Source: an uncultured Gammaproteobacteria bacterium
Lineage (GTDB): Bacteria > Patescibacteriota > Microgenomatia > Levybacterales > GWA1-39-11
Length of the DNA stretch: 64,000 nt
Direction of reading: 5' to 3'
Assembly: GCA_964537315.1 (NCBI GenBank)
Contig: CAZIAP010000001.1
Span: 379,926 to 443,925 of the forward strand
The first letter of the stretch is position 1; each line of letters opens with the position of its first letter. Made by a program: the position numbers and the translations under genes. Of this stretch, positions 19,487 through 28,749 are shown piece after piece. Below the pieces are notes generated by a model that saw only the letters and a program-made list of their open reading frames with translations, had not been told where the DNA came from and made no database searches.

Positions 19487-20563
19487 ATGATCAGCCTTGC
19501 ACAAATCACCCGAGAAACACGAACTATTAGTAAGTTCGGAGCAATAGCGTTAGCAGCTATACTTTTTTTATTCTTTTCTTTTAAAGTAGTTGTGTTTATA
19601 ATAGGTCGCTTGAACCCGCCACAAGTTGCGCCTCCTGATATGAAGTACGGAGAATTAGTTTCAACTCTGCCGATTCAAACTCAAAAGCCGTCATATTCTT
19701 ATCAAGCCAATACATTAACTGGATCACTTCCAAACTTTCCGTCACGACTTAGAGTATATAAAACCTTGAAACCCGAACCGGATTTATTGACACTCCAAAA
19801 AACACGTGACACCGTAGATAACCTAGGTTACGACTTGAATACAGAGATTCTGGTACAACCAAGTGAATATCGTTGGACCAATGCTGCAGGCGGTACTATA
19901 ACATATAATACATTGCACAAAAATTTTAGCCTCACATCAGGAATCCCTTTAGATGATCCTAACTACAGGTTAGGAGATAAAAAAGCAATAGTCTTAAAGA
20001 TTATGTCATTTGTACAATCTCTCGGAGCATCGACTACAGGAATAGACCAAAGTGATGAAAGTGTACAAGTTGAGTATTACAGATCAGATGGTATTAACTT
20101 GATTCCCGAAGAAGCATCAAGAGCATATCTGGCTCAAGTTAACTTGTACCAAAATAAAGTTAAAGTTGATCCTTTTACTTACAGAGGTACTCAAAATGTA
20201 CTAGTAGAAACTCTACCTATATATTATGAAGACCAGGAAAAATCGAATCAAACATTTCTAGTTAAAGCTGCATCCAAAAATACAGAGATAATTACTGGAG
20301 TGTATATGCACTTTCCTGTTGATACTACTGACTACGGGATCTATCCGATTAAGTCTTCTGAAGAAGCATTCGAAGATCTAAAGAACGGGAATGCATATAT
20401 ACTAAGTAATAGCGAGCAAGGAACCATTAGCATTACAGATGTACAACTAGGATACTTTATTCCTAAGTCATATACGGAATATGTGATGCCTATTTTTGTT
20501 TTTTCAGGCACAGATTTTCTTGCTTACGTTAATGCGGTTGGCGAATATACCCCATCAAACTAA
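19487..20563 (+). CDS. Hypothetical membrane-anchored extracytoplasmic protein
   Basis: 358 aa. One N-terminal TM (AIALAAILFLFFSFKVVVFIIG) and no recognisable domain. Confidence 0.4.
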   Translation: MISLAQITRETRTISKFGAIALAAILFLFFSFKVVVFIIGRLNPPQVAPPDMKYGELVSTLPIQTQKPSYSYQANTLTGSLPNFPSRLRVYKTLKPEPDLLTLQKTRDTVDNLGYDLNTEILVQPSEYRWTNAAGGTITYNTLHKNFSLTSGIPLDDPNYRLGDKKAIVLKIMSFVQSLGASTTGIDQSDESVQVEYYRSDGINLIPEEASRAYLAQVNLYQNKVKVDPFTYRGTQNVLVETLPIYYEDQEKSNQTFLVKAASKNTEIITGVYMHFPVDTTDYGIYPIKSSEEAFEDLKNGNAYILSNSEQGTISITDVQLGYFIPKSYTEYVMPIFVFSGTDFLAYVNAVGEYTPSN

Positions 20564-21630
20564 AAGGATTCTAACTGGACTTTCTTTACAATTTCATTGA
20601 GAATTTGCTCAGTATCATAAAATCTGTCATCACTTTTTAGTACTACAATCATATATGTTTTCCCTTTTGACTCAAATGAAGTAACCAATACTTGACCGGC
20701 TTCATACGTATATCCTGTCTTAACTCCGAAAACTCCTTGGTTAAAGAGTAAACGGTTTAAATTCTCCAGTCTATGTTCGTAGGTGAACGTTTTATCGTAA
20801 ACAGTTATATATTTTGTCTCAACTATTTTTTTTAACTCAGAATTTTGAATTGCAAATACAGCAAGCCGCGCCAGATCAAATGCTGTCGAGTAGTTTCCAT
20901 CTTCTAATCCTGCAGGATCAACAAATTTTGTATTAGACAAACGAAGTTCTGCTGCTTTCTCGTTCATTCTTTTTACAAATGCCTCCTTACCTCCAGGATA
21001 ATGTACTGCCAGTACATGAGCAGCGTCATTACCTGATGGAAGCATCAAACCATATAGCAAATCTACTACTCGTATCTGCTCACCTTCAATAAGTCCCATT
21101 TTTGAGCCTAATACTCCGCTAACTCCATCGGCAGATAAGTATTGATCGAGTTCATATGTCTCAAGAGCGATTAAAGCAGTCATAATTTTGGTAGTTGATG
21201 CAGGAGAGAAGCGGAGTGAGCTATTTTTTTCAAATACAACAACTCTTGAGTCTTTTTCATAGACAATCAACGAATCAGCACTAACTCTGAGTTCTGGACT
21301 CATTTGAAGTATAGGCAAATCTGGTACATTAATATCCTTAAATGAGTTTGTCTGGAGTTGGTTGCTCATCTGTCCGACGAGATAAATTATACCTATCCCA
21401 AGCAGTAAATTTAGTATTGTTACTGAGGCAATAATCCAGAAAAATTGTTTTTTGAGAGCAGAAAAGTACTCAGTGAGATTTGCTAGTTTTGATTTTGGGA
21501 GATGAACAACATTCTCGATCTGAGAGAAGTTTTTTTTATTACCCTGTTTTTTCTTTTTTTTCTTCTTTTTTTGAGAGTCTTTCATCAACACGCTCCATAT
21601 CACGCGGGAATAATGACGCTTCACGTACAT
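20560..21630 (-). CDS. D-alanyl-D-alanine carboxypeptidase (peptidase S11, PBP5/DacA-like) with a poly-Lys N-terminal segment
   Basis: Motifs SxxK (ASTTKIMT), SGN (LPSGNDAAH) and KTG (GVKTGYT) are present, with an N-terminal TM anchor. The start is uncertain. The track start at 21630 and the alternative ATG at 21582 (MKDSQKKKKKKKKQ) both overlap the aspS 3' end (21539) in another frame, across an A-rich tract. Confidence 0.7.
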   Translation of the reverse strand: MYVKRHYSRVIWSVLMKDSQKKKKKKKKQGNKKNFSQIENVVHLPKSKLANLTEYFSALKKQFFWIIASVTILNLLLGIGIIYLVGQMSNQLQTNSFKDINVPDLPILQMSPELRVSADSLIVYEKDSRVVVFEKNSSLRFSPASTTKIMTALIALETYELDQYLSADGVSGVLGSKMGLIEGEQIRVVDLLYGLMLPSGNDAAHVLAVHYPGGKEAFVKRMNEKAAELRLSNTKFVDPAGLEDGNYSTAFDLARLAVFAIQNSELKKIVETKYITVYDKTFTYEHRLENLNRLLFNQGVFGVKTGYTYEAGQVLVTSFESKGKTYMIVVLKSDDRFYDTEQILNEIVKKVQLESF

Positions 21631-22909
21631 TCGCGAGATTAAGTAGTTTCATTGTAAGTCTTTCTAAACCAAATGAAAAGCCACCTTCCGGAGGCATTCC
21701 GTATTTGAATGCCATTAAGTACATGCCAAAGTTTTTTGGATCTACATCTTTTTTCTTCATAGCTTCAACGAGCATCTCGTAATCGTGAATACGCTGACTA
21801 CCACTCAAAATTTCCAGACCTCTGAAAAGCAAATCATAAGACAGACTATATTCAGGATCAGCTGGGTCCGGCATGGTATAAAATGCTCTCTTTTTTGTAG
21901 GAAAATGTGTGATAGTAACAAAATCAGACTTGTGTTCTTCTTTAGCCCAAGCACATATTTCTTTTTCATCCTCAGGATTTAAATCTAACTCATTGGTCAG
22001 ATCTCTACCCGTCCTATCTGAAACAATTTTTTGCGCCTCACGCAGTGTAAGACGTGGTACTTTCTTTGGTACTAATGGCATTTCAACGCCATACTCTTTT
22101 AAGACCTTTTCATACTTTTCTGAGGTATTTTTTATCATAGATGTACCCACAAACTCCAGTGCATCAAGAAGCTCATCAAATCCGTCAGTTGACGGATCAA
22201 TAAATCCTATTTCAATATCCATCTGTGTTGCTTCAGACAAATGGCGGGTAGTAACTGATGGTTCCGCCCGATATGCCTTGGCAATCGTGAATACCCGCTC
22301 TAGTACTCCAACCATAATCTGTTTATAAAGCTGAGGACTCTGAGTCATAAACGCTTTGTTACCATAGTAATCAACAGAAAACACTTCTGAGCCGCCTTCT
22401 GTTGCGCCCGCTGCAATTGTAGGTACGAAAATCTCGGTACAGTTAAGTTCTTTTGCAGCTTTTCTAAATTCTTCTGCAAGTGTTGCCTGTACCTTAAAAA
22501 TCATCTGAACTTTAGGGTGTTTTAACGTAAGAGATCGATAGTCAAGAAGCGTAGGCAATTCTACAACGAGGTCTTTTCCTCCCATATCAAATGGCATAGT
22601 ATCGGAATGAGAAATAACAGAAAGCTCCTGTAGCTCAAGTTCAACTGTCCCTGTATCCATATCAGGATTTATATATTTTTCGTCTCTTTTTTTTACCAAT
22701 CCTACGACTGATACTGCATCCATAGGGTTAAGTGAGGCGATTTGAGATGCAAGTTCTTTACCAAACCCTCCTATCTGTAGAAGTCCTGTACGATCGCGAA
22801 GATCAAAGAAGGCGATTTTCCCATGACTTCTGATAGTCTGAACCCATCCGGATACTGTTATAGTCTTGCCGACATTATCTAATGCTTGTATAACTGGTGT
22901 GCGTTTCAT
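21539..22909 (-). CDS. aspS: Aspartate--tRNA ligase, archaeal/eukaryotic type (class IIb; possibly non-discriminating)
   Basis: Colinear similarity to the short archaeal-type AspRS: an OB-fold N-terminus, SPQLYKQIMV, motif 2 YRAEPSVTTRHLSEA, motif 3 FKYGMPPEGGFSFGLERL and the ending LFPRD. The start is set at MKRTPV (22909). The first 60 aa of the track ORF lie upstream of the putative promoter. Confidence 0.85.
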   Translation of the reverse strand: MKRTPVIQALDNVGKTITVSGWVQTIRSHGKIAFFDLRDRTGLLQIGGFGKELASQIASLNPMDAVSVVGLVKKRDEKYINPDMDTGTVELELQELSVISHSDTMPFDMGGKDLVVELPTLLDYRSLTLKHPKVQMIFKVQATLAEEFRKAAKELNCTEIFVPTIAAGATEGGSEVFSVDYYGNKAFMTQSPQLYKQIMVGVLERVFTIAKAYRAEPSVTTRHLSEATQMDIEIGFIDPSTDGFDELLDALEFVGTSMIKNTSEKYEKVLKEYGVEMPLVPKKVPRLTLREAQKIVSDRTGRDLTNELDLNPEDEKEICAWAKEEHKSDFVTITHFPTKKRAFYTMPDPADPEYSLSYDLLFRGLEILSGSQRIHDYEMLVEAMKKKDVDPKNFGMYLMAFKYGMPPEGGFSFGLERLTMKLLNLANVREASLFPRDMERVDERLSKKEEKKEKTG

Positions 22910-22926
22910 AAACGTTGCAATAATGT

Positions 22927-22955
22927 ATTCTAACCGTAATTTAGCATATTGACAA
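22927..22955 (-). promoter_or_regulatory. Putative sigma70-like promoter of aspS
   Basis: On the minus strand: TTGTCA, 17 nt, TAGAAT, then a 17-nt leader to the ATG at 22909. Confidence 0.35.
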
Positions 22956-23040
22956 GTAGTATCAGATAGAGTATATTTTTTGTGGATATGAATTGCTGTG
23001 TGCGCCAAATTAATAATTCCCGTGATCTCAAGATGAGGTA

Positions 23041-23110
23041 GGGGATTTGTGTGCAAAGTAAGTAATTTTATACAAATCTCCCACTTCAAAAGAAAAGGGA
23101 GATTTTTTTT
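23041..23110 (+). promoter_or_regulatory. Leader with two mutually exclusive hairpins (terminator/SD-sequestering versus alternative) preceding a 2-codon uORF
   Basis: Hairpin B pairs ATCTCCC (23076-82) with GGGAGAT (23097-103), is followed by T8, and buries the SD GGGAGA. Hairpin A pairs GGGGATTTGT (23041-50) with ACAAATCTCCC (23072-82) and uses the same CTCCC. The uORF ATG-AAA-TAA at 23111-19 ends 1 nt before the ATG at 23121. Confidence 0.3.
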
Positions 23111-23120
23111 ATGAAATAAT

Positions 23121-23720
23121 ATGAGAAATATAGAAGTTTTACAAACATACGATTATCAGGATAACTCTGGAGTTTCAGTATGGGAAAGTTCAGAACAAAT
23201 TCCATTTTTAGATCCTCAAAAAGCCGAGGAATTAGTCGACTCATTTCAGGATACTCCACACGTAAAATTCTGTTTAGATGGAACGTGTTTAAGAACGGGT
23301 AAAATTGACGGAGAGGTCGTACTATTCCCTTCGGAAAGCTCATATGTATCAAATGTAGAAACAATAATTCAAGAAACTCAAGCTGAAAATTTACCCAACA
23401 AATCACAAGAAGAAGCAAAGCGAAATGGAATTGAAAGATTTACAGACGTAATTCGTGATCCAGAACAACAAGATTTGCTTCGAAAAACAATTTTAGAATT
23501 AACATACGATTATGATAGAGCGCAGGATGTGCCACTTGGTGAAAGAATCGCAAAATTATACGAGATATCTGGAAAATTCGATAGACTCACCTGCCTCTCA
23601 GAAAAAAATGGTTCCATTACAGAAGATGAAAAAAATGAATACACTAAGCTATTAATAGATTGCTACAATATCACAAAAAAAGCTGAGGCTTTAGCTAGAC
23701 AAATTAAAACAGAAAGCTAA
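23121..23720 (+). CDS. Hypothetical cytoplasmic protein
   Basis: 199-aa ORF with no recognisable domain. Confidence 0.4.
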   Translation: MRNIEVLQTYDYQDNSGVSVWESSEQIPFLDPQKAEELVDSFQDTPHVKFCLDGTCLRTGKIDGEVVLFPSESSYVSNVETIIQETQAENLPNKSQEEAKRNGIERFTDVIRDPEQQDLLRKTILELTYDYDRAQDVPLGERIAKLYEISGKFDRLTCLSEKNGSITEDEKNEYTKLLIDCYNITKKAEALARQIKTES

Positions 23721-23723
23721 AAT

Positions 23724-25379
23724 TCAATGAATATCTTTAATTCGAAGTTCTACCTTACTTCGTCCATTCCAAGTGTTGAGGGATATTGAATATAAAATAT
23801 CAATCGTATCACCCACTTTTCCATCAAAATTAGTTCCGAAACCAAAGGCTAATGCTTCTAAGAAATTCCCATCATGTTCAAGTAAAAACTTGAGATGTTT
23901 ACCTTCTTTACCTAAAATTCTTATATCTTTTATAACTACCTGCTTCGTGATAAATGTTGGTTCCGGGTTTGAAATACCGAAGGGAGAAAACTTCTGTATC
24001 AGTTTGTACAAATCGTAAGAGATAAAACTAAAATCCATCTCCATATCTGCTCTAATTGTTCTCTGCAAAAGAGAATCAGTAATTTTCTGCTCACAAGTAT
24101 CCATCAAAGCTTTCGAAAACATATCGATCTTGTCTGTTTCTATCGTAAATCCGGCAGCCATCTCATGCCCCCCCACATGAACAAGGTGATCAGAGACCGA
24201 TCTAAGTAGTGTTACTATATCTACGCCTTGAATCGAACGTGCTGATCCTTTCGATAGTCCATTGTCTCCAATTGAAATCACAATACTCGGTCTGTAATAT
24301 GACTCTGTAAGCTTTGAAGCAATAAGACCGATCACTCCCTGATTGTATGACTGATCGGCTGCAATCAGAATTTTTTTAATATCTCCATTGGTATATAAAG
24401 ATTTTGCGTGATTTACTAAATCAGTTGTAATAAGCCGTCGATCTTCATTTGTCCCAGATAATTTTTTGGCCAGCATTTTTGCTCTAATTCTGTCCATCGT
24501 ACAAAGCAATCGTAAACTATCCATAGCAGAATCCAGCCTCCCGGTAGCATTTAGACGTGGTGCGATCATAAAGCCTACGTGATAGACATCAAGTGACTGA
24601 AGATCAATTTTTGCGTCTGTAAACAGCTCTAAAAGTCCTAATCTTTCTGTTTTACGCAATGCTTGCAGACCATATTTTACCAATACTCTATTTTCGTCAC
24701 GTAATGGCATGCAATCAGCTACAGTTGCCAACGCAACAAGCTCAAGATGCTTCTCATCGTCGATTTTCTTTCCTGATATCGCTTTTGAAAAAGCATATGC
24801 GACACCTGCACCACACACAGCAGGAGTATGTATTATCACAGCAGCATCCGGTAATTTGTCACCTTTTGTGTGATGGTCAGTCACTATTACGGTTATTCCT
24901 TTTTCTTTTGCGTAGGTAATCGCTTCTATAGCAGATATTCCATTATCAACGGTAATAATAAGTCCGGTATCAGGATATTTTTCTAGAATGTTGTCGATGC
25001 CAACGATAGACAATCCGTATCCTTCATCTACTCGATGAGGGATGTAAGGAACAGATTTTTTATATTTACTGTACAGAGTTTCCCAAAGTATAGCTGCCGC
25101 ACATACCCCATCTACATCATAGTCACCATAAACTACAATAGTTTTATCTTGCTTTTTAACATCAGAAATAATCTCCTTTGCTTTTTTTACCTCTGATTTT
25201 TCTACCCCTAGTTTATCTAACTCAATATTTTCTAAAACAGGGTATAGAAATTTTTCAATCGCCTCTTTTGTCTCAATTTTTCTATTCTGAAGTAATATCG
25301 CGGTGATGGTCTGAAAATCTAAAGCTTTATTTTTATCTGATTCTTCTTGCGGAGAATATAAAATGTCCCACTGTTTCAT
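23724..25379 (-). CDS. recJ: Single-stranded-DNA-specific exonuclease RecJ
   Basis: 551 aa. The DHH motif (VVYGDYDVDGVCAAA…TDHH) and the DHHA1 region (GGHEMAAGF) are present. Confidence 0.85.
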   Translation of the reverse strand: MKQWDILYSPQEESDKNKALDFQTITAILLQNRKIETKEAIEKFLYPVLENIELDKLGVEKSEVKKAKEIISDVKKQDKTIVVYGDYDVDGVCAAAILWETLYSKYKKSVPYIPHRVDEGYGLSIVGIDNILEKYPDTGLIITVDNGISAIEAITYAKEKGITVIVTDHHTKGDKLPDAAVIIHTPAVCGAGVAYAFSKAISGKKIDDEKHLELVALATVADCMPLRDENRVLVKYGLQALRKTERLGLLELFTDAKIDLQSLDVYHVGFMIAPRLNATGRLDSAMDSLRLLCTMDRIRAKMLAKKLSGTNEDRRLITTDLVNHAKSLYTNGDIKKILIAADQSYNQGVIGLIASKLTESYYRPSIVISIGDNGLSKGSARSIQGVDIVTLLRSVSDHLVHVGGHEMAAGFTIETDKIDMFSKALMDTCEQKITDSLLQRTIRADMEMDFSFISYDLYKLIQKFSPFGISNPEPTFITKQVVIKDIRILGKEGKHLKFLLEHDGNFLEALAFGFGTNFDGKVGDTIDILYSISLNTWNGRSKVELRIKDIH

Positions 25380-25458
25380 GATATACTTTCAATAAATCGG
25401 TTCTCGATTTACCATTATAAAATTTAAAAACTCAAACTAAAGTGTATTAAATATTATC

Positions 25459-26832
25459 ATGAATACTGAGGTTCCACAAACTGTATCGCAGCTATATAAA
25501 AAACTTGAAAATAAAGGATACTCCGTACATCTGGTGGGTGGGTGTGTTCGAAATATTCTCATGGACATACCTGTAAAAGATTGGGATTTATCTACCAATG
25601 CTACACCGGAGCAGATACAAGAGTTATTTCCGGATTCATATTATGAAAATAAATTTGGCACAGTTAAAATCCCTATGAATGATGAAAAAAAGGATTTTAT
25701 AGAGCTGACAACATACCGCACAGAGTCAGGCTATAAAGATCACCGTCACCCTACTGAAGTTACGTGGGGAAAAACAATTGAAGAGGATCTTTCTCGACGG
25801 GATTTTACTTGCAATGCTATTGCACTAACGATTGTGAATGGAAAGTTGGATATCGAGAATATAATAGACCCTTACAATGGACTTGATGATATAAAAAACA
25901 AAGTAATTCGTACTGTTGGAAACGCAGATGAAAGATTTAAAGAGGATGCACTACGCCTCATGCGAGCAATTCGATTTGCTGTACAACTTTCTTTTAAGAT
26001 TACTGAGAATACCTGGGACGGAATCAGGCAAAACTCAGAGCTTATAAAAAACGTCTCCTGGGAGAGAATTCGTGATGAGTTATTAAAAATACTGGCAAGC
26101 GATAATCCTGATGAAGGGGTAAAACTTCTTGACGAGGCAGGCTTGTTGTCATATATAATCCCTGAGCTTGGAAAAGGAAAAGGTCTATCTCAAGAACGAC
26201 CGGGAAGACACCACGTACATGATGTCTATACTCATAATCTTCTTACGTTAAAGCACACTCCTTCAAAAGACCCTATTGTCCGGCTTGCAGCTCTTCTTCA
26301 TGATGTGGGAAAACCTTATGTAGCAAACCAAGATGAGGAAGGTTTGATTATCTTTCACAATCATGAAGTTGTGGGAGCTAAAGTAGCAAATGAAATTACG
26401 GACAGGCTACGATTAACAAAAAAGCAGAGAGAAAAAATATTTAAGCTAATTCGATGGCATATGTTTTCTGTAGACGAAACAGTAACTGATCACGCTGTTC
26501 GTAAATTTTTACGTCGTGTTGGAGTAGAAAATGTAAGCGATATGATTGATTTACGAATTGGAGATAGACTGGGTAGTGGTACTCAAACTGCAGAAAGTTG
26601 GCGTCTAAAAAGATTTAAAGATATGATCGAGAAAGAACTCAACCCTCCTTTTTCAATCAATGACTTAGCAATTGATGGCAATGACATAATGCAGGAACTT
26701 AATTTAAAACCAGGGAAGAAAATTGGTTATATACTTCAAAAACTATTTGAAGAGACCGACTTAGATCTCTCAAAAAATAATCGTGACTATTTGATAAAAC
26801 GTATCCATGAGATTCACAACAATAATGAATAA
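25459..26832 (+). CDS. cca: CCA tRNA nucleotidyltransferase (PolyA_pol head plus HD domain)
   Basis: 457 aa. Contains GGCVRNILMDIPVKDWDLSTNATPE and the C-terminal HD domain (HHVHDVYTHN…LHDVGK). Confidence 0.85.
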   Translation: MNTEVPQTVSQLYKKLENKGYSVHLVGGCVRNILMDIPVKDWDLSTNATPEQIQELFPDSYYENKFGTVKIPMNDEKKDFIELTTYRTESGYKDHRHPTEVTWGKTIEEDLSRRDFTCNAIALTIVNGKLDIENIIDPYNGLDDIKNKVIRTVGNADERFKEDALRLMRAIRFAVQLSFKITENTWDGIRQNSELIKNVSWERIRDELLKILASDNPDEGVKLLDEAGLLSYIIPELGKGKGLSQERPGRHHVHDVYTHNLLTLKHTPSKDPIVRLAALLHDVGKPYVANQDEEGLIIFHNHEVVGAKVANEITDRLRLTKKQREKIFKLIRWHMFSVDETVTDHAVRKFLRRVGVENVSDMIDLRIGDRLGSGTQTAESWRLKRFKDMIEKELNPPFSINDLAIDGNDIMQELNLKPGKKIGYILQKLFEETDLDLSKNNRDYLIKRIHEIHNNNE

Positions 26833-26853
26833 CATAAATAATAATCTTGACTC

Positions 26854-26869
26854 GATGTATTAATACATC
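26854..26869. promoter_or_regulatory. 16-bp perfect palindrome GATGTATTAATACATC, 9 bp upstream of the regulator gene start (candidate operator)
   Basis: Read directly from the sequence. Its context is CTTGACTCGATGTATTAATACATCAATACA. The same core recurs at 27331-27346 and 48858-48872. Confidence 0.4.
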
Positions 26870-26878
26870 AATACATAT

Positions 26879-27319
26879 ATGTCACAAATCTCAAAAAGAT
26901 ATATCTCAAAAGATGTATCGGATCGAATTTTTGATTTATTCATCAAAACTCTTCTCAATGTAAAAAATAGAAATGTAGCTGAGAATTTTACACGCGATCT
27001 ATTTTCATCTACAGAACAAATAATGATCACAAAAAGACTGAGTATTGCATTACTACTAGAAAAGGGATACGACCAAAGAACAATTTCTGAGATACTAAAA
27101 GTTAGCACTTCAACTGTCTCTCACATTAACAATACCGTCAAAAATAGTTCAGATGAGTATAAACAGTTAATTAAAGAACTATTAAGTGAGGAGTCAATTA
27201 CTGACTTTCTACATTCCATTGCTCTGCTTATTGTAGAACTTCCTAGCAAAGGAGGAGAAGGATCAGGAGTATGGAGAGCAACAAAGAAAAAGCTTGAAAA
27301 AGAAAAGAACCCATTTTAA
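26879..27319 (+). CDS. TrpR-like / YerC-YecD family helix-turn-helix DNA-binding protein
   Basis: 146 aa. The pattern TEQIMITKRLSIALLLEKGYDQRTISEILKVSTSTVSHINN resembles TrpR/YerC-family HTH proteins. The family assignment is tentative. Confidence 0.45.
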   Translation: MSQISKRYISKDVSDRIFDLFIKTLLNVKNRNVAENFTRDLFSSTEQIMITKRLSIALLLEKGYDQRTISEILKVSTSTVSHINNTVKNSSDEYKQLIKELLSEESITDFLHSIALLIVELPSKGGEGSGVWRATKKKLEKEKNPF

Positions 27320-27325
27320 CGCCTT

Positions 27326-27351
27326 GATTCGATGTATTAATACATCGAATC
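27326..27351. promoter_or_regulatory. 26-bp perfect palindrome GATTCGATGTATTAATACATCGAATC immediately downstream of the regulator gene
   Basis: Read directly from the sequence. It has the same core as 26854-26869, and a CTTGAyTCG prefix precedes both copies. Confidence 0.4.
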
Positions 27352-27398
27352 ATGACTAACTTTATTAATGAAAAATTAAATAGTGTATAATACTAGAT

Positions 27399-27848
27399 AT
27401 GTTAAAAGATAAAATACACGAAGATTTAAAGGCTGCAATGATTGCAAAAGATGAGCAAAAACTCTCTGTAATTCGTATGCTGAAAAGCGCTGTTCAGTAT
27501 TATGAAATAAACAAAGGTGGAGCGGGATATTCTGCGACAGACGATGATATTATTGAAGTAATTGGAAAAGAAATAAAAAAACGCCGAGAGTCAATCGAGC
27601 TATATGAAAAAGGCGGTCGTCCGGAGCTTGCTGAAAAAGAACAACAAGAACTCGATGTATTACAAACATACTTACCTGAACAATTATCAGAAGATGAAAT
27701 AAAAACACTAGTAGATGAAGCGATTTCTCAAACCGGTGCTACAGAAATGAAGGATATGGGAAGGGTAATGGGAGCACTTATGCCAAAAGTAAAAGGGAAA
27801 GCTGATAACAGCATAGTCAGCTCTCTAGTCCGTGAAAAACTGTCTTAA
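27399..27848 (+). CDS. GatB/YqeY domain protein
   Basis: 149 aa. The region LKAAMIAKDEQKLSVIRMLKSAVQ…ELYEKGGRPELAEKEQQELDVLQTYLP matches the YqeY family. Confidence 0.8.
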   Translation: MLKDKIHEDLKAAMIAKDEQKLSVIRMLKSAVQYYEINKGGAGYSATDDDIIEVIGKEIKKRRESIELYEKGGRPELAEKEQQELDVLQTYLPEQLSEDEIKTLVDEAISQTGATEMKDMGRVMGALMPKVKGKADNSIVSSLVREKLS

Positions 27849-28747
27849 CTGTTTATCTTTTTCTTCCTCTTCTGATCCCAATTATTCCAAGTGACGAGTA
27901 ACTGAGAAGCGTTAAATATTGATGAATACGTTCCAACTAAAATTCCAAGAAAAAGCGCAAGAATAAACCACTGCAGTGAACCTTGACTAAAAAGAAGTAA
28001 CGTGAACAAAACTAATAAAGTACTTATGGAGGTATTTAGCGATCTAATAAGCGTATCCAATAAGGATTTATTAACCACTTCCTCATACTGAAGCTTTAGA
28101 TCATTTTTAATATTTTCCCTGATTCTATCGAACACAACTATCGTATCATGTACAGAAAATCCAATAGTAGTCAGTAATGCTGTAATAAATAATGCATCTA
28201 CTTCAACATTGAAAAACACTCCCAATAATGAAAAGATACCCAGAATGAAAAAAACATCATGTAAAATTCCTACTACAGCAACTGTCCCATACTTCCATGA
28301 GGCAAGTGGTTTTGAAACTTCACGGAATACATAAGCGATGTAGGCAGTAATTGCTGCAGAGGCGATTAAAACAGCAAAAAATGCGTTTCTAGTAGTCTCA
28401 GATCCGATTGTCGACCCAACAGTTTCGAAATTAATTGCACGAGCACTCTCATCATTTTCTTGGACTGCTGCGACTATTTGATCATTGACTTTTTGAGATA
28501 TTGGTTCTGTCCTTATAATGTAGGAGTTTCTATCTGTTTCGTCTATTGTGATCACATTTGCGTGCTCACTCACAATATTTTCTAACTCTTCTCGAGATAC
28601 TTTATCAATTCCTGCCAATTCCAGTCTTGATCCACCTGTAAAGTCTATACCTAACTGCAAACCGTTAAAGATAAGAGAAATAAACCCAGGGATAAGCATT
28701 ACTGCTGAGATGATATAAAATAGTTTTCTTCTGGCAACAATATTCAT
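27845..28747 (-). CDS. secF: Protein translocase subunit SecF
   Basis: 300 aa. Contains GIDFTGGSRLEL and six TM segments. It lies directly downstream of secD. Confidence 0.85.
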   Translation of the reverse strand: MNIVARRKLFYIISAVMLIPGFISLIFNGLQLGIDFTGGSRLELAGIDKVSREELENIVSEHANVITIDETDRNSYIIRTEPISQKVNDQIVAAVQENDESARAINFETVGSTIGSETTRNAFFAVLIASAAITAYIAYVFREVSKPLASWKYGTVAVVGILHDVFFILGIFSLLGVFFNVEVDALFITALLTTIGFSVHDTIVVFDRIRENIKNDLKLQYEEVVNKSLLDTLIRSLNTSISTLLVLFTLLLFSQGSLQWFILALFLGILVGTYSSIFNASQLLVTWNNWDQKRKKKINS

Positions 28748-28749
28748 AA

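Noticed and set aside
22910-23089. N-terminal 60 aa of the track ORF for aspS (MKWEICIKLL…).
   Set aside because: Archaeal-type AspRS begins at the OB fold (MKRTPV…). A good -35/-10 pair lies inside this extension, so it is leader or promoter DNA.
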